From contig DYRG01000004.1 of assembly GCA_020718845.1 (NCBI GenBank), positions 15,154 to 79,153 of the forward strand: a stretch of 64,000 nucleotides of DNA. Direction: 5' to 3'. The DNA is from Thiomargarita sp. Lineage in GTDB: Bacteria; Pseudomonadota; Gammaproteobacteria; Beggiatoales; Beggiatoaceae. Position numbers and translations under genes: made by a program. Shown here one piece after another: positions 36,369-46,558 of this stretch. How positions within the stretch are numbered: position 1 is the first letter of the stretch; each line of letters begins with the position of its first letter. The notes beneath the pieces are model-generated. The model saw only the letters and a program-made list of their open reading frames with translations. It was not told the origin of the DNA and made no database searches.

Positions 36369-37610
36369 ATGCAAAGTTTTAGTGTATTAGTGGTGAGTTT
36401 GTTAATTATCAATGTTGTTCTTCATATGTGGTTGAATTTGCGACAAATTCGCAGCGTTCAAACGCATCGTAATGCCGTGCCCGACCCATTTCAAGCGTAT
36501 ATTAATTTGGAAGATCACCAAAAAGCTGCTGATTATACCGTAACTAAGCTCAATTTTGCGCAGAAATGGATTATTCCAGAAGCAATTTTGTTATTAATTT
36601 GGACATTAGGTGGTGGTTTGAATTTTTTAGATCAAACGTGGCAACAAGCGGGTTTTTCTTCATTATGGACGGGCGTTGCGGTTATTTTAAGTTTCATGCT
36701 AATTCATCAACTTATTGATTTACCCATAGATTATTATCGTACTTTTGTAATTGAAGAAAAGTTTGGTTTTAATAAAACAACTGTTCAATTATTTTTTATG
36801 GATATGTTGAAAGGACTTTTGTTATCACTTGCAATCGGAGTTCCTCTCATTGCGTTGATTTTATGGTTAATGGCACAAATGGGAGAATTTTGGTGGTTGT
36901 GGGTGACGGGAGTTCTTATCGGATTTCAAATCTTGATGTTATGGGCATATCCAACGATAATTGCTCCAATGTTTAATACCTTTCAACCCTTAGAAGATGA
37001 AACCCTTAAAGCTAAAATAAATCATTTGTTAGATAGAAATGGATTTAAAGGCGAAGGTGCATTGGTGATGGATGGTTCAAAACGTTCGGGACATGGAAAT
37101 GCGTATTTTACGGGTTTTGGACAGAAAAAAAGAATTGTTTTCTTTGATACGTTGCTCAAAAGTTTAAACCCTGATGAAATAGAAGCAGTTTTAGCGCATG
37201 AAATCGGACATTTCAAACATCATCATTTAATTAAACGTTTAGTATTTGCAGTTTTTATTACAACGGCGAGCTTTGCAACTTTAGCGTGGTTAATGAATCA
37301 AACGTGGTTTTATTCTGGCTTAGGTATTTCAACACCATCACCTTATATGGCATTGTTATTATTCGCTTTAATTATGCCGTTGTTCACCTTTTTCTTATCG
37401 CCTTTATTTGCAGCATTATCGAGAAAACATGAATTTGAAGCGGATAGTTTTGCGGTTGAACAAACGAGTTCTCAAATGCTCAGTCAAGCGTTAGTGAAAC
37501 TCTATCAAGAAAATGCGTCAACTTTAACGCCAGATGCTTTATTTTCAGCATTTCACGATTCTCACCCGCCAGCTCCCGTTCGAATTGCGCATTTGAATAT
37601 TAAAACTTAG
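36369..37610 (+). CDS. M48-family (Ste24/HtpX-like) zinc metallopeptidase
   Basis: Multiple TM segments are present. The motifs HEIGHFKHHH (HExxH) and the distal EFEAD...HP fit the family. The ~410-aa length is typical of Ste24-like M48A. Confidence 0.85.
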   Translation: MQSFSVLVVSLLIINVVLHMWLNLRQIRSVQTHRNAVPDPFQAYINLEDHQKAADYTVTKLNFAQKWIIPEAILLLIWTLGGGLNFLDQTWQQAGFSSLWTGVAVILSFMLIHQLIDLPIDYYRTFVIEEKFGFNKTTVQLFFMDMLKGLLLSLAIGVPLIALILWLMAQMGEFWWLWVTGVLIGFQILMLWAYPTIIAPMFNTFQPLEDETLKAKINHLLDRNGFKGEGALVMDGSKRSGHGNAYFTGFGQKKRIVFFDTLLKSLNPDEIEAVLAHEIGHFKHHHLIKRLVFAVFITTASFATLAWLMNQTWFYSGLGISTPSPYMALLLFALIMPLFTFFLSPLFAALSRKHEFEADSFAVEQTSSQMLSQALVKLYQENASTLTPDALFSAFHDSHPPAPVRIAHLNIKT

Positions 37611-37624
37611 TTGAATTTCCAATA

Positions 37625-37668
37625 AAAAAGACCTTTTAGGTTGAGAAACTTAGAAGGTCTTTTTATTT
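37625..37668. terminator. Bidirectional rho-independent terminator between convergent genes
   Basis: AAAGACCTT pairs with AAGGTCTTT (37627-37635 / 37554+100 series 37654-37662), with an extended inner stem. An A-run lies upstream and TTTTTATTT lies downstream. Confidence 0.75.
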
Positions 37669-37686
37669 GAAATATTTAAACGTTTA

Positions 37687-38766
37687 TTATTTCAACCACA
37701 AGGCTTTTAGGCTTGCTAATCCGTTGATTGCGATGATTTTTTTATCTTGAAAATTACCTGAAATAACTGCAACTTGTTCGTGATTGCTAAGGATTTGAAT
37801 GGGTTGAATTTGAAAGCCTTTTTCAACGCGAATAAAGATAACATTTTCTTTGCCACTTCGAGCAATTGCATTGGAAGGAATATACCAACTTCGTTCTTTA
37901 ACAGTGATTTCTGGATGAACTTGAACAAATTGACCCGCTTGTAATTGATCAGCGCCTTCGGTGATTTCTGCGCGCACTAAAACAGTTTGATTAGTAGGTT
38001 CGACTTCGCGTCCTAATAAAATGATTTTTCCTCGACTTCCTGTTTCAGAAATGCTCACGGCTTGACCGACTTGTAGCGTTGTAAGTTGCTCTAAAGTTGC
38101 TCGAATATCCAACCATAAAATGCTCAAATTTGCTAATTTACACAATGGATCAAGCCCATTCACGCGCTGACCGCTGGTCGTTAAATTTTCTAAAACTACG
38201 CCGTCATTTGGAGCAATAATGTCGACAATTGCGGCTAATTTGCGCGTTTTGGAGAGATTTTCAATTGCCGCTTCGCTCATGCCCGACAATCGCAAAATTT
38301 CGCGTTGCGCATTGGTGTCGGCAGTGGTTTCGGCGTATTTTCCTTGTGATTCCAAGTGTTTACGTTTAGCGATAATCCCTTCTTTAAATAGGGCTTGATC
38401 ACGATGCGAATCTGCTTCCGCCAACACTTGCCGCGTCAAAGCCTGCAAATAATTCTTTTGTAAAGTCAATAATTCAGTGCTTTGTAATTTTATAAGCATT
38501 TGATTTTGCTTGATTTCTTGACCTACAGCGGCGTAAGTTTTTAAAACAATCCCAGATTGCGGCGCACTCACGACTTGAATGTTGCTTGGCGGAATCGTCA
38601 CGCGCGCGGGCAAATGCAATCCCAACGCAGTATTTGCGGGAATTATGTCGGCAACTTGGATGCCCATGCTGTGAATTTGTGCGTCAGTCAACGGGATAAA
38701 GGTTGGCGCTTCCGCCCATACGTTTGAAATAAAAACAAATAAAATCAAATACTTACTCATAAACAA
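37687..38766 (-). CDS. Efflux-system periplasmic adaptor (membrane fusion protein, HlyD/CzcB-like)
   Basis: A signal/anchor is followed by alpha-hairpin and barrel-sandwich patterns (IVLKTYAAVGQEIKQNQMLIKL, APNDGVVLENL...GQRV). The start overlaps the upstream OMF gene. Confidence 0.8.
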   Translation of the reverse strand: MFMSKYLILFVFISNVWAEAPTFIPLTDAQIHSMGIQVADIIPANTALGLHLPARVTIPPSNIQVVSAPQSGIVLKTYAAVGQEIKQNQMLIKLQSTELLTLQKNYLQALTRQVLAEADSHRDQALFKEGIIAKRKHLESQGKYAETTADTNAQREILRLSGMSEAAIENLSKTRKLAAIVDIIAPNDGVVLENLTTSGQRVNGLDPLCKLANLSILWLDIRATLEQLTTLQVGQAVSISETGSRGKIILLGREVEPTNQTVLVRAEITEGADQLQAGQFVQVHPEITVKERSWYIPSNAIARSGKENVIFIRVEKGFQIQPIQILSNHEQVAVISGNFQDKKIIAINGLASLKALWLK

Positions 38767-40045
38767 TTCCTTGCGGTAAAATCCCCAATGCTTGATGATA
38801 ACGGGCGACGGCTAATTTAAGGGCGATTTTGCGTTGTTGAACGGCACGATCAGCTGCAAATGCAAGTGCTTGAATTTTCTGGAAATCTATCAATCCCATT
38901 TCCCCGTGTTGTAAGGCAAATATCGCCAACCGCAAATTTTCTTCGGCGATTTTTTGTTGAGATTCAACAAGTTGCACATTATCTTTTGCGCTTTGATAAG
39001 TATATTTGGCGTTTTTAATGGCGACGCGAGTGTCACGAAGGATTTTTTCGAATTCTGCCTGATTTTCCGCGATGTTACGTTGTGCGGCGGCGATTTTGAT
39101 GCCTTGTTGTCCGCTGTGTCCGAACGGAATGCGCACGCTCAATCCAACGCTATCTTTATGATTATTATCGGATTCTTCTTTTTCGCGCCGCACACCAATA
39201 CTTAATGACGGCGGACTTGCTTTTGAGTTTCTCACTTGTTGCAATTCCGCTTCGGCGCGTTGAATTTTACGTTGCGTTGCTCGAATTAACGGATGCCAAT
39301 TCAAATCATTTTCTTTTAATTCTTTTAAAGCAATTTCATCTAAAATTTCTTCAAAGTTGCTCGGAAGTTTCTCTAAACTAGTTAAGGCTTGATATTGATT
39401 AAATAAAATCGTTAATTCTTGTTCAGCTTGTTGAAATTCAGATTGTTTTCGTAAAATTTCTTCTTGTGCTAATAAAACATCCCGTTTGGCAGTTTCTCCC
39501 AATTCCAAACGCCGTTGTAATTGATTTCCTAACTGAATTGCAATATCCCATTCGTGCTCTGCTAAAGTGATTAAAACTTCTTGTTGCGCGAGTTTCCATA
39601 GCATTTCACGAACGTCCCCCGCAATTAGATGAAACATTGCTTGTTTTGCGATTTCAACTTCTTGTTCAGCGACTTCTGCAACTTTTCTCCACGCCGCCCG
39701 TTGTGCAGGCAACCAAAACGGTAATTCATAAGCAAATTCATACTCTTGCGATCCTTTTTTTGATCCAATTTGATCGGTTTGAGTTCGCAAAGTCAACGCG
39801 GTTTCGCCCGCCAACCAACTTTTTGATAAGTTTTGCAATGCAGTTGTTTCCTCGCGTTGGCTTTCTAAAATCAGACGTTGTGGATGCTGATTAAAAGCCG
39901 CTTTGATCACATCATTCAATTGCATATTTTGATCACGAGGCAATTGAATAATCTCAGGTAAATCAGAAGAATACTGCATTTCATGCGCGATAAGTTGCTC
40001 GCTCATCAAACTCACAAACATTAAAGATAAAAATAGCTTTTTCAT
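38753..40045 (-). CDS. TolC/CzcC-family outer-membrane efflux protein
   Basis: A 430-aa protein with a signal peptide. It has two repeated coiled-coil/OEP halves (..A...A.....A......P.L.l.....). Confidence 0.75.
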   Translation of the reverse strand: MKKLFLSLMFVSLMSEQLIAHEMQYSSDLPEIIQLPRDQNMQLNDVIKAAFNQHPQRLILESQREETTALQNLSKSWLAGETALTLRTQTDQIGSKKGSQEYEFAYELPFWLPAQRAAWRKVAEVAEQEVEIAKQAMFHLIAGDVREMLWKLAQQEVLITLAEHEWDIAIQLGNQLQRRLELGETAKRDVLLAQEEILRKQSEFQQAEQELTILFNQYQALTSLEKLPSNFEEILDEIALKELKENDLNWHPLIRATQRKIQRAEAELQQVRNSKASPPSLSIGVRREKEESDNNHKDSVGLSVRIPFGHSGQQGIKIAAAQRNIAENQAEFEKILRDTRVAIKNAKYTYQSAKDNVQLVESQQKIAEENLRLAIFALQHGEMGLIDFQKIQALAFAADRAVQQRKIALKLAVARYHQALGILPQGIVYE

Positions 40046-40201
40046 ACATTCATCGATTTAAAATTGAATAACCATTAGGTATCATAACATTTCATGCTTA
40101 ACAGTTTCTTAAAATATTTTTCGAGATAACGTGATGTTCAACGATTGAAGACACTCTTTTCTTTATTTTTAATACCTTTAAATCTTTTCGTATTTCATAA
40201 T

Positions 40202-40235
40202 AAAAAAACCTCCCCAAATTTGAGGAGGCTTTTTA
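40202..40235 (-). terminator. Rho-independent terminator downstream of pilY1
   Basis: On the minus strand, GCCTCC...GGAGG forms a stem (40209-40213 / 40224-40228) followed by a T7 run (40202-40208). Confidence 0.6.
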
Positions 40236-40250
40236 TTTCAAATGATTAGA

Positions 40251-43200
40251 TTATTCTTCAATCCAATACACGGTTTCTCTCGGTAATTGTCCACCCGGTC
40301 CAACTATTTTCAATGCAGGTGGAGAAGCTGGGTCTGCGGGATTTCCACTACCCACCGACGCATACACCGACACGCCGTTTTCGGTAAATACTGCGATAGG
40401 TTCTGCGGGAATACCGCCACCAATTTCTTCAGCGCGTTTTTTGTTGGGAATTGCCCCTTCGCCTGTTAAGATATTGATTGCATAGGATTTTGCTTTACCC
40501 AAATCGGCAGTGGGCTGACACGCATCAGTGGTTGCTGCTTGGGCATCGTCGGCGGCTTTAGGTTGAGGAGGAAGGAAGGTGGTGTAATACGCTATCCCGT
40601 TTAAAACCAAAGGTTTAGCGAGTGCTTTTTCACCGACAAAGCTTTTCGCGCCGCCGTCGTCCAAAACCGCAAGTTCGACTTTCCAACCCAAACTCTTTTT
40701 GATCAACTCTTTCGCGCCATCTAATACCGTGATTTCAGTGGTGGTATTATTTAACACTTCGGTCGTTGCATCGTAAAGTTTGTCTTCGGTGATCGTGAAG
40801 AATTTGGTTGATGCGGGCGCGCTTCCACCTGCAACCGTTTGATCTAAAAAGGCGGGCGAATCTTGAACAGCATTTCCACTCTTGCCGCTGTTGCTATCAC
40901 CAATCAACCAACCCGTTTGACGATCACGAAACGCATATAAACGATCTTGGATTGTTTTGTTCAAAGGATTGGGACGATGTCCGCTGCCAATGAGAACTAA
41001 ATCAAAGTCTTGCGCGTAAGGTGAGTATTTGGTGTCGGTTAAACGTGCGACATCGGGCGGATAGAAGAAACGGCGTTTGCCCGCATCGGAAGTTGAATTG
41101 CCTAAAACCGCCAAACGTCCGCCGACCGCATAGCCTTTGCCAACGTCACGAACATCAACTCGCCATAATTGACCGCCAGTATCCCCAACGTAAATGCGGT
41201 CACTTAAACCATCGCCATCGCCGTCGATCACTGTCAAATCAGAAGGAAACGAATAATTCATGCCCGTTAATTTGAGGTTTGCGCTGGCGTTGCTGGTGTT
41301 TCCTGCTGACCACAAGAGTTTTCCGCCATCTAACGGATCAACCATGTAAATAGTATTTCCCATTGTTGCCTGTTGTTGATAAGTAGCGGTTGTATCTTGA
41401 GTTGTGGCATCGAACCCGCCCGCAAACAACAAGACTTGTTTAGGCACACCGTTATAAAGCACTTTGGTTACGATTGGCGTTGACCACGTTTGCCCAAGTT
41501 TAGAAAAATCTCCTTGATCGCTGGTTTGACCGCCAAAGATCGTCCACATTAATCGTGGTCTATGCGCGGGAGGATTTGAGGTGTCGGGCGTGACTTGCAA
41601 CGCATAGATATTTCTGCCGCCGCGCCGCATTCCGCTAAACACCCACACCGAATCCGTGCCTTCGATAACGCCGTTGTAGTTATTGTCACGCGCCCACACG
41701 ACAGGACGACCATCAATCCCATAAATTCGTTGAGGAGCAACCGCGTTGGCTTTAAGGTCTTTTTGGATTTTTAACATATCTCGTGGAATAAACATCCAAT
41801 CTTCCACGCCCGTTTTGCCGTCCAACATTCGAATTGCGCCTTCGTTGGTATTCACGATGACTTTGGTTTTAGGCGTGCCGTCGGTTTCTTTGCCGTAAGT
41901 GAACACGCCTGGGGTACTATGCAAAGGATCACCAAACCGCCATTCTCTTAAAGTTCCAGCGGTTGCGTCGGTATAACCACGAACCCAATTAATCACTTCA
42001 TTTCTAACTGTGGAGGGATTTGTTTCAGTTGCAACGTTGAGCATTTCCGCTGTCAAAGACGAGTTTCCTGTCGTCACCGCGTTGACTGCATCGGTTAATG
42101 CAATCGCCGTATCGCCCACCACGTTGCTATAAATTTTACGGGTATCGGGTGCGGGTAAAACGCCGCCCGCGCCTGCCATTAAAACTTTTGCGCCGTCGGG
42201 TTCAGTTAGCGTGCTCCAAACTTCTTGAGCGGTGCTTAAAATGCCGCCATCCGAACCTATTGCTGCTGTTCCGCCTTTTCCAACGATCGCAGAATTACAA
42301 CCTGTTTTCGCTGTGCAAAGGTTATAACGTTTGACATTACCATCCCAAGCAACGGTATTGCTCGGTTTAAAGAACGTGAAATAAATTTCATTGTTGTGGT
42401 ACAAACGATTAAATACGTTCACAGAAATAGCTGGTGATGCAAAACTTGAACTGTCACTCATTGCGGTTGCAATAATCGTTTGAAATGCTAACAATAACTC
42501 TTCAGCAGTATCAACGCGGTAATATGAACCTTTACCTGATTTAGCAATCAATTTAAGATAATCTTCTGCGCCCGGTTCGAAATCTATTTGCATTCCGATA
42601 GTATGAGTTTTAACTGTAGAACCTGAAATCCCTGCTTTATTATCGTGGGTAGCTAGAAACTGGGCGATTTCAGGTCCGCATTTGCCCGGTTCTTTATTTG
42701 GATTTGTAGAAGTATCGGTTGCACAGGTGATACTACTCATTCCACTATCTTTAGATTTACGCATTTCATCAACGTAGATTTTACAGGCAGCAGAGGGAGT
42801 CGTTGGATTGCTACATACGGAATACGATGATTCATTGCCAAAAATAAATTTTGTAACGGCGTTTTCGATATTCGTAGTACCACCAACAGTTGGTCTACCG
42901 TCCGATAACAAAACAACATGATTAGTTTGACAAGAGCTGTCAGTTATTGGAGTGTAGTAAGTTGCTCTCGCGCTTGGTCTATTAAAACCCAAATTTGCAT
43001 TAAAATCAGACTCAGGAGTATCGGGTTGGAAAACAAATTCAAGTTGACATTTTTCCGCAAAAGAAAAACCTTCCGCGGGAATTTGACAAAGTGGTTTGTA
43101 AGGCGTGCTAGTTATACTGTAGTAAGTTCCAATCGTACTTGAACTGGTAGGTATTGCACTTTTTTGGAAATAACCAAGCCGATTTGTTGAACTATTGAAA

Positions 43201-46200
43201 GAGGCGGGATCACTTACGAGATAATCTCTGTAACCACGCCGCGAGGAAGCTCCACCTGTCACTAAGCCACCACGATAATATTGAGCAGCTTCATACAGTG
43301 CGTCCACTATTGGTGTTCCTCCTAAAGGTGTCATTGCTTGAACCTTATTCTTGATTAGTTCGCGGGTGGTTTGTGCAAAGCTCGCGGTTGCATCCACTTT
43401 GATTTCTAGGCGAGTATTAAGTGTGGGTGATTTTTCAAATGAAGCAGCTTTTCTCAAACTAGTGTTATCATTTGAGGTAATGAAAAACGCCATGCTTCCA
43501 TTAACTGCCCAGCTTCCATTATTTACAATTGCCTGTACAATATTTTTGAGGTCAGGCGTTTCGTAATTAATGTTAGTTGCCCATTTTTGAGTTTGTGGAA
43601 TAGCCCAATCTACCGATGTTGTTTTAGTTCGAGAACCAAAATCATTAATCGAAGTTGTAAAGGGGAGAGCAAGTCCAGATTCTCCTTGAATGGTTAAAGA
43701 AGCCGCCGCACCTAGTGCTCGTTCGGTGTTATCGGTATCTTCAGTGCCCAACGTATCTTCTGAACCGGTAAAAACAAGTTTTGCACCTTTAATAACTGTG
43801 CCGCGTTCAAGGGAAATATTTTGAAATCTTACACCAATAATCCGTTTAGTTAATGAGCCGGAGGGTTTGCTCTTAGTGCTTGCCATATTTAAAGTTCTAT
43901 CATCGGTAGTTCCTGTTAAGAATACCGTATTATAATTTGCTATATTATCAATAATAGTTGTTTGCATGCCGTCATCCTTTTCATCTATAATACCTGTGGA
44001 AAGGGTTTGTTGTATGCAAGCATTTTGAGGAACACTTGAACTAGAAAACTCGATATGTAATGTAGGTGCAGAACTTGGGTTACTATCATAGGAAAGTGCA
44101 TTTCTTAAAGAACTTAAGCTAGAAGAAGAAATCACAAATCCAAGACTATTACCACCGCACCAAGCATTATCAGTTGTGCTTTGATTGATAACTGGTTGGA
44201 CAATTGTTTTTAATTCAGGGGTACGATATGTTGTGCCTGTTTCCCAAGTTGTCATTGGATTATCTGTGCTACTAGCATTCCATGTAATAGAAGATGTAGT
44301 TGTGCGGCTTGAAATATCATTTTGTTGTACTTGAAAGGGAGCGGTATCTCCACTTGCAATGGCTTTAATTTCCAGACTTGTAGGCGTGCTACTTCTAACA
44401 CCACTGGTAAAAGTTACATAAGCGGTTGTTACAGTTGCTCCTCGAGGAACTCTCACATTTTGAAACCGCAAACCTACTTTTTGGCTTGTATTGGGTTTGC
44501 CAGTGGTGGTAGTGGTTTCTGCGGGAGGCGTGTAGGTAATATCTAATTTAGTGGCACGCGCAGCGAGGTCTGAATAGTCATAAATACGGCGTGAACCTGC
44601 TGTGGTTGGTTTAAGGAGAAATACTAAGGCGTTATCAGTTTGCTTCCAATCACTACGACTTACCACGCTTTGTACGAGGGTTTGAAGATTAGAGGCAATT
44701 GCCACTGTTCTTCCTAAGGAATCAGTGCTAGCTTCATTGTATTTAGGAATTGTCCACGATATGCCACCTGTTTTAGTGCATGTGCTGGATAAACGATTAC
44801 ATAAATTATTTTTACCGCTTGTAATGCCACTACAAGATGTGGTAAATGCTTGACCTGATGAAAAATCACTAGGATTGGAATCATCTTGGGAGAAAATATC
44901 CACTTTTAACTCTGTATTTGAAGCAGTGCTATCGATGGGAGAATTATAGATAAAAGTCAATTTCGTATCGGTAATAGTAGCATTTTTAGGAATATCTAAA
45001 TCAGGGAAACGAAATCCCAATAATTGATTTCCATAATCACTACTGCTAGGTCGTCCAGCACCCAAGGACATTAATGTATAACCATCGCTACTTTTATCTT
45101 TGACAACACCGCCCACATAACAACTTCTATTTCCTGAGGAAAGGAACTCATAAGCATCGTCATCATTGTTAGAAATTTGCTTAATAATAGTAACGGGGGT
45201 TGTTTCAGCAGGAGGAACGTAGGTTCTAGCGGCAATCGCAGCACTTCCTGCGGCATAGCCTGCTTCGGTGGTATAAAATAGTTTCAAAACGGGTGCTTTT
45301 TCAGTAGCAGTTGCTTCATCGGCACTATAGAAACGGCGGTTTTTAGTTCTTTTATTATCTGGTTCTGCGGCACTATAAGCAGGATTGCGTATAAAACTTA
45401 ATCCAATTGCTCGACCCGTTGCCCAATCTGTTTTTTTAACGATCCCATCAACAATTTCACTCAAATCAGGCGTAGTGTATTTTTGTTTGTGCGCCCACGT
45501 TTCAATGTTACTCCATTCAACTGCGGCAGTTGTTGAAGTTCTATTTGAAATATCTTTTGAAGTATTAGTGAAAGCGGGTGTATTAGCTGAATCAAAACCT
45601 TTTACTTTAAGATTAACAACGCCATCACAATTACAGGAGTCATTATATCCAGTAAATTCAACCCATGAAGCTAGGATAGTTGCACCCGCTGGGATTTCTA
45701 AATTTGGAAAGCGTAATCCAACAATTTGCTCACCATCCGTGTTACTTGCACCTAATGCCAAATTGTTATTGGTGTACATAACACCGTCAGCGGGAGAACC
45801 ATTACTTCCTAACATTTCACGCGCATCGTTTTCAGTGCTAGAAATTGGTACTTCAAGATATTTAGTGGTAGGTAAATATAAAACACCATCCCCTAAAATT
45901 GTGGTTAATTCAAGTACTTTATCGTTAAGTGCAACTAAGCCTTCTGAACTTTCTTCTGCATCATCGTTGCCATTTGAAATGGGAACATCATAGATAATGG
46001 AATTATTTTGTGATACAAAAGGCGCAGCAATATTTTGTACAGGGTGAACAATAGGAGTATTTCCACCTAATGCTCTATTATCAGTAAAGCGTTCTAATCC
46101 AATATTAATATTTTGGGCATTATCTAGTACCTTACATAAAGCGTCTTTTAATAACATCATTCGTGTAGGAAGATATCCACTTTGATAGCGACTTTTCTCA

Positions 46201-46505
46201 AGATCACTCAAACAGGACGACGTTACATCAATAGGGGGCATTGATGAAGGATCAGTTGCTAATGGAGTTGCGTAATTTGAATTATTTAAACATTGGTTTA
46301 ATTGTGTTGAATTCGCTAAAGGAACGGGACAACGCATACTTAATGAATTATCCATAATAAGCAAGATATTTGCTCTTGTAGAAGAATTAACAACAGGTGT
46401 GGATGAGCGAACGTAAAGCTCGGTATCATCGGCGAAGTTGGGGAGAGAGAAACCCGACAACCCCACAACGAGCAAAGTGTTTAAAAAACTTCGTAGCGTT
46501 TTCAT
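40251..46505 (-). CDS. pilY1: Giant type IV pilus tip adhesin/biogenesis factor PilY1-like protein (2084 aa) with split vWA domain
   Basis: A signal peptide is followed by the vWA MIDAS motif DNSLSM, which continues ~1000 aa later (TPLGGTPIVDAL..., VVLLSDGRP). The C-terminal PilY1 beta-propeller signature includes a Ca-site-like DGDGDGLSDRIYVGDTGGQLWRVD. The gene lies immediately downstream of pilX. Confidence 0.8.
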   Translation of the reverse strand: MKTLRSFLNTLLVVGLSGFSLPNFADDTELYVRSSTPVVNSSTRANILLIMDNSLSMRCPVPLANSTQLNQCLNNSNYATPLATDPSSMPPIDVTSSCLSDLEKSRYQSGYLPTRMMLLKDALCKVLDNAQNINIGLERFTDNRALGGNTPIVHPVQNIAAPFVSQNNSIIYDVPISNGNDDAEESSEGLVALNDKVLELTTILGDGVLYLPTTKYLEVPISSTENDAREMLGSNGSPADGVMYTNNNLALGASNTDGEQIVGLRFPNLEIPAGATILASWVEFTGYNDSCNCDGVVNLKVKGFDSANTPAFTNTSKDISNRTSTTAAVEWSNIETWAHKQKYTTPDLSEIVDGIVKKTDWATGRAIGLSFIRNPAYSAAEPDNKRTKNRRFYSADEATATEKAPVLKLFYTTEAGYAAGSAAIAARTYVPPAETTPVTIIKQISNNDDDAYEFLSSGNRSCYVGGVVKDKSSDGYTLMSLGAGRPSSSDYGNQLLGFRFPDLDIPKNATITDTKLTFIYNSPIDSTASNTELKVDIFSQDDSNPSDFSSGQAFTTSCSGITSGKNNLCNRLSSTCTKTGGISWTIPKYNEASTDSLGRTVAIASNLQTLVQSVVSRSDWKQTDNALVFLLKPTTAGSRRIYDYSDLAARATKLDITYTPPAETTTTTGKPNTSQKVGLRFQNVRVPRGATVTTAYVTFTSGVRSSTPTSLEIKAIASGDTAPFQVQQNDISSRTTTSSITWNASSTDNPMTTWETGTTYRTPELKTIVQPVINQSTTDNAWCGGNSLGFVISSSSLSSLRNALSYDSNPSSAPTLHIEFSSSSVPQNACIQQTLSTGIIDEKDDGMQTTIIDNIANYNTVFLTGTTDDRTLNMASTKSKPSGSLTKRIIGVRFQNISLERGTVIKGAKLVFTGSEDTLGTEDTDNTERALGAAASLTIQGESGLALPFTTSINDFGSRTKTTSVDWAIPQTQKWATNINYETPDLKNIVQAIVNNGSWAVNGSMAFFITSNDNTSLRKAASFEKSPTLNTRLEIKVDATASFAQTTRELIKNKVQAMTPLGGTPIVDALYEAAQYYRGGLVTGGASSRRGYRDYLVSDPASFNSSTNRLGYFQKSAIPTSSSTIGTYYSITSTPYKPLCQIPAEGFSFAEKCQLEFVFQPDTPESDFNANLGFNRPSARATYYTPITDSSCQTNHVVLLSDGRPTVGGTTNIENAVTKFIFGNESSYSVCSNPTTPSAACKIYVDEMRKSKDSGMSSITCATDTSTNPNKEPGKCGPEIAQFLATHDNKAGISGSTVKTHTIGMQIDFEPGAEDYLKLIAKSGKGSYYRVDTAEELLLAFQTIIATAMSDSSSFASPAISVNVFNRLYHNNEIYFTFFKPSNTVAWDGNVKRYNLCTAKTGCNSAIVGKGGTAAIGSDGGILSTAQEVWSTLTEPDGAKVLMAGAGGVLPAPDTRKIYSNVVGDTAIALTDAVNAVTTGNSSLTAEMLNVATETNPSTVRNEVINWVRGYTDATAGTLREWRFGDPLHSTPGVFTYGKETDGTPKTKVIVNTNEGAIRMLDGKTGVEDWMFIPRDMLKIQKDLKANAVAPQRIYGIDGRPVVWARDNNYNGVIEGTDSVWVFSGMRRGGRNIYALQVTPDTSNPPAHRPRLMWTIFGGQTSDQGDFSKLGQTWSTPIVTKVLYNGVPKQVLLFAGGFDATTQDTTATYQQQATMGNTIYMVDPLDGGKLLWSAGNTSNASANLKLTGMNYSFPSDLTVIDGDGDGLSDRIYVGDTGGQLWRVDVRDVGKGYAVGGRLAVLGNSTSDAGKRRFFYPPDVARLTDTKYSPYAQDFDLVLIGSGHRPNPLNKTIQDRLYAFRDRQTGWLIGDSNSGKSGNAVQDSPAFLDQTVAGGSAPASTKFFTITEDKLYDATTEVLNNTTTEITVLDGAKELIKKSLGWKVELAVLDDGGAKSFVGEKALAKPLVLNGIAYYTTFLPPQPKAADDAQAATTDACQPTADLGKAKSYAINILTGEGAIPNKKRAEEIGGGIPAEPIAVFTENGVSVYASVGSGNPADPASPPALKIVGPGGQLPRETVYWIEE
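43395..45992 (-). repeat. Four tandem ~170-240-aa protein modules inserted in the PilY1 vWA domain
   Basis: Recurring blocks are [IVL]G[LFV]RF[PQ][ND][LVI]..[IV]P.[GN]AT[IV]....[LV].F[TI], at aa ~262, 496, 677 and 890. Each is followed by W....W......Y.TP[DE]L..IV[QD].[IV][VI] (aa ~330-356, 742-772, 966-994). The same blocks are recognisable but degenerate in module 2. Three modules (1, 2 and 4) are preceded by acidic DDAEE/DDDAYE/DEKDDG segments. Confidence 0.7.
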
Positions 46506-46558
46506 AAAGAACTCCTTTCAACGCATTGAGAAAAGTTAAAGAACTAAAACTAAAAAAA

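Noticed and set aside
45385-45993. 202-aa plus-strand ORF inside pilY1, together with the other antisense ORFs at 40287-45256.
   Set aside because: These ORFs are antisense to a well-supported 2084-aa gene. They show no family resemblance. Their Ser/Thr/Leu-rich composition is what is expected from the reverse frame of a Ser/Thr/Gly-rich gene.
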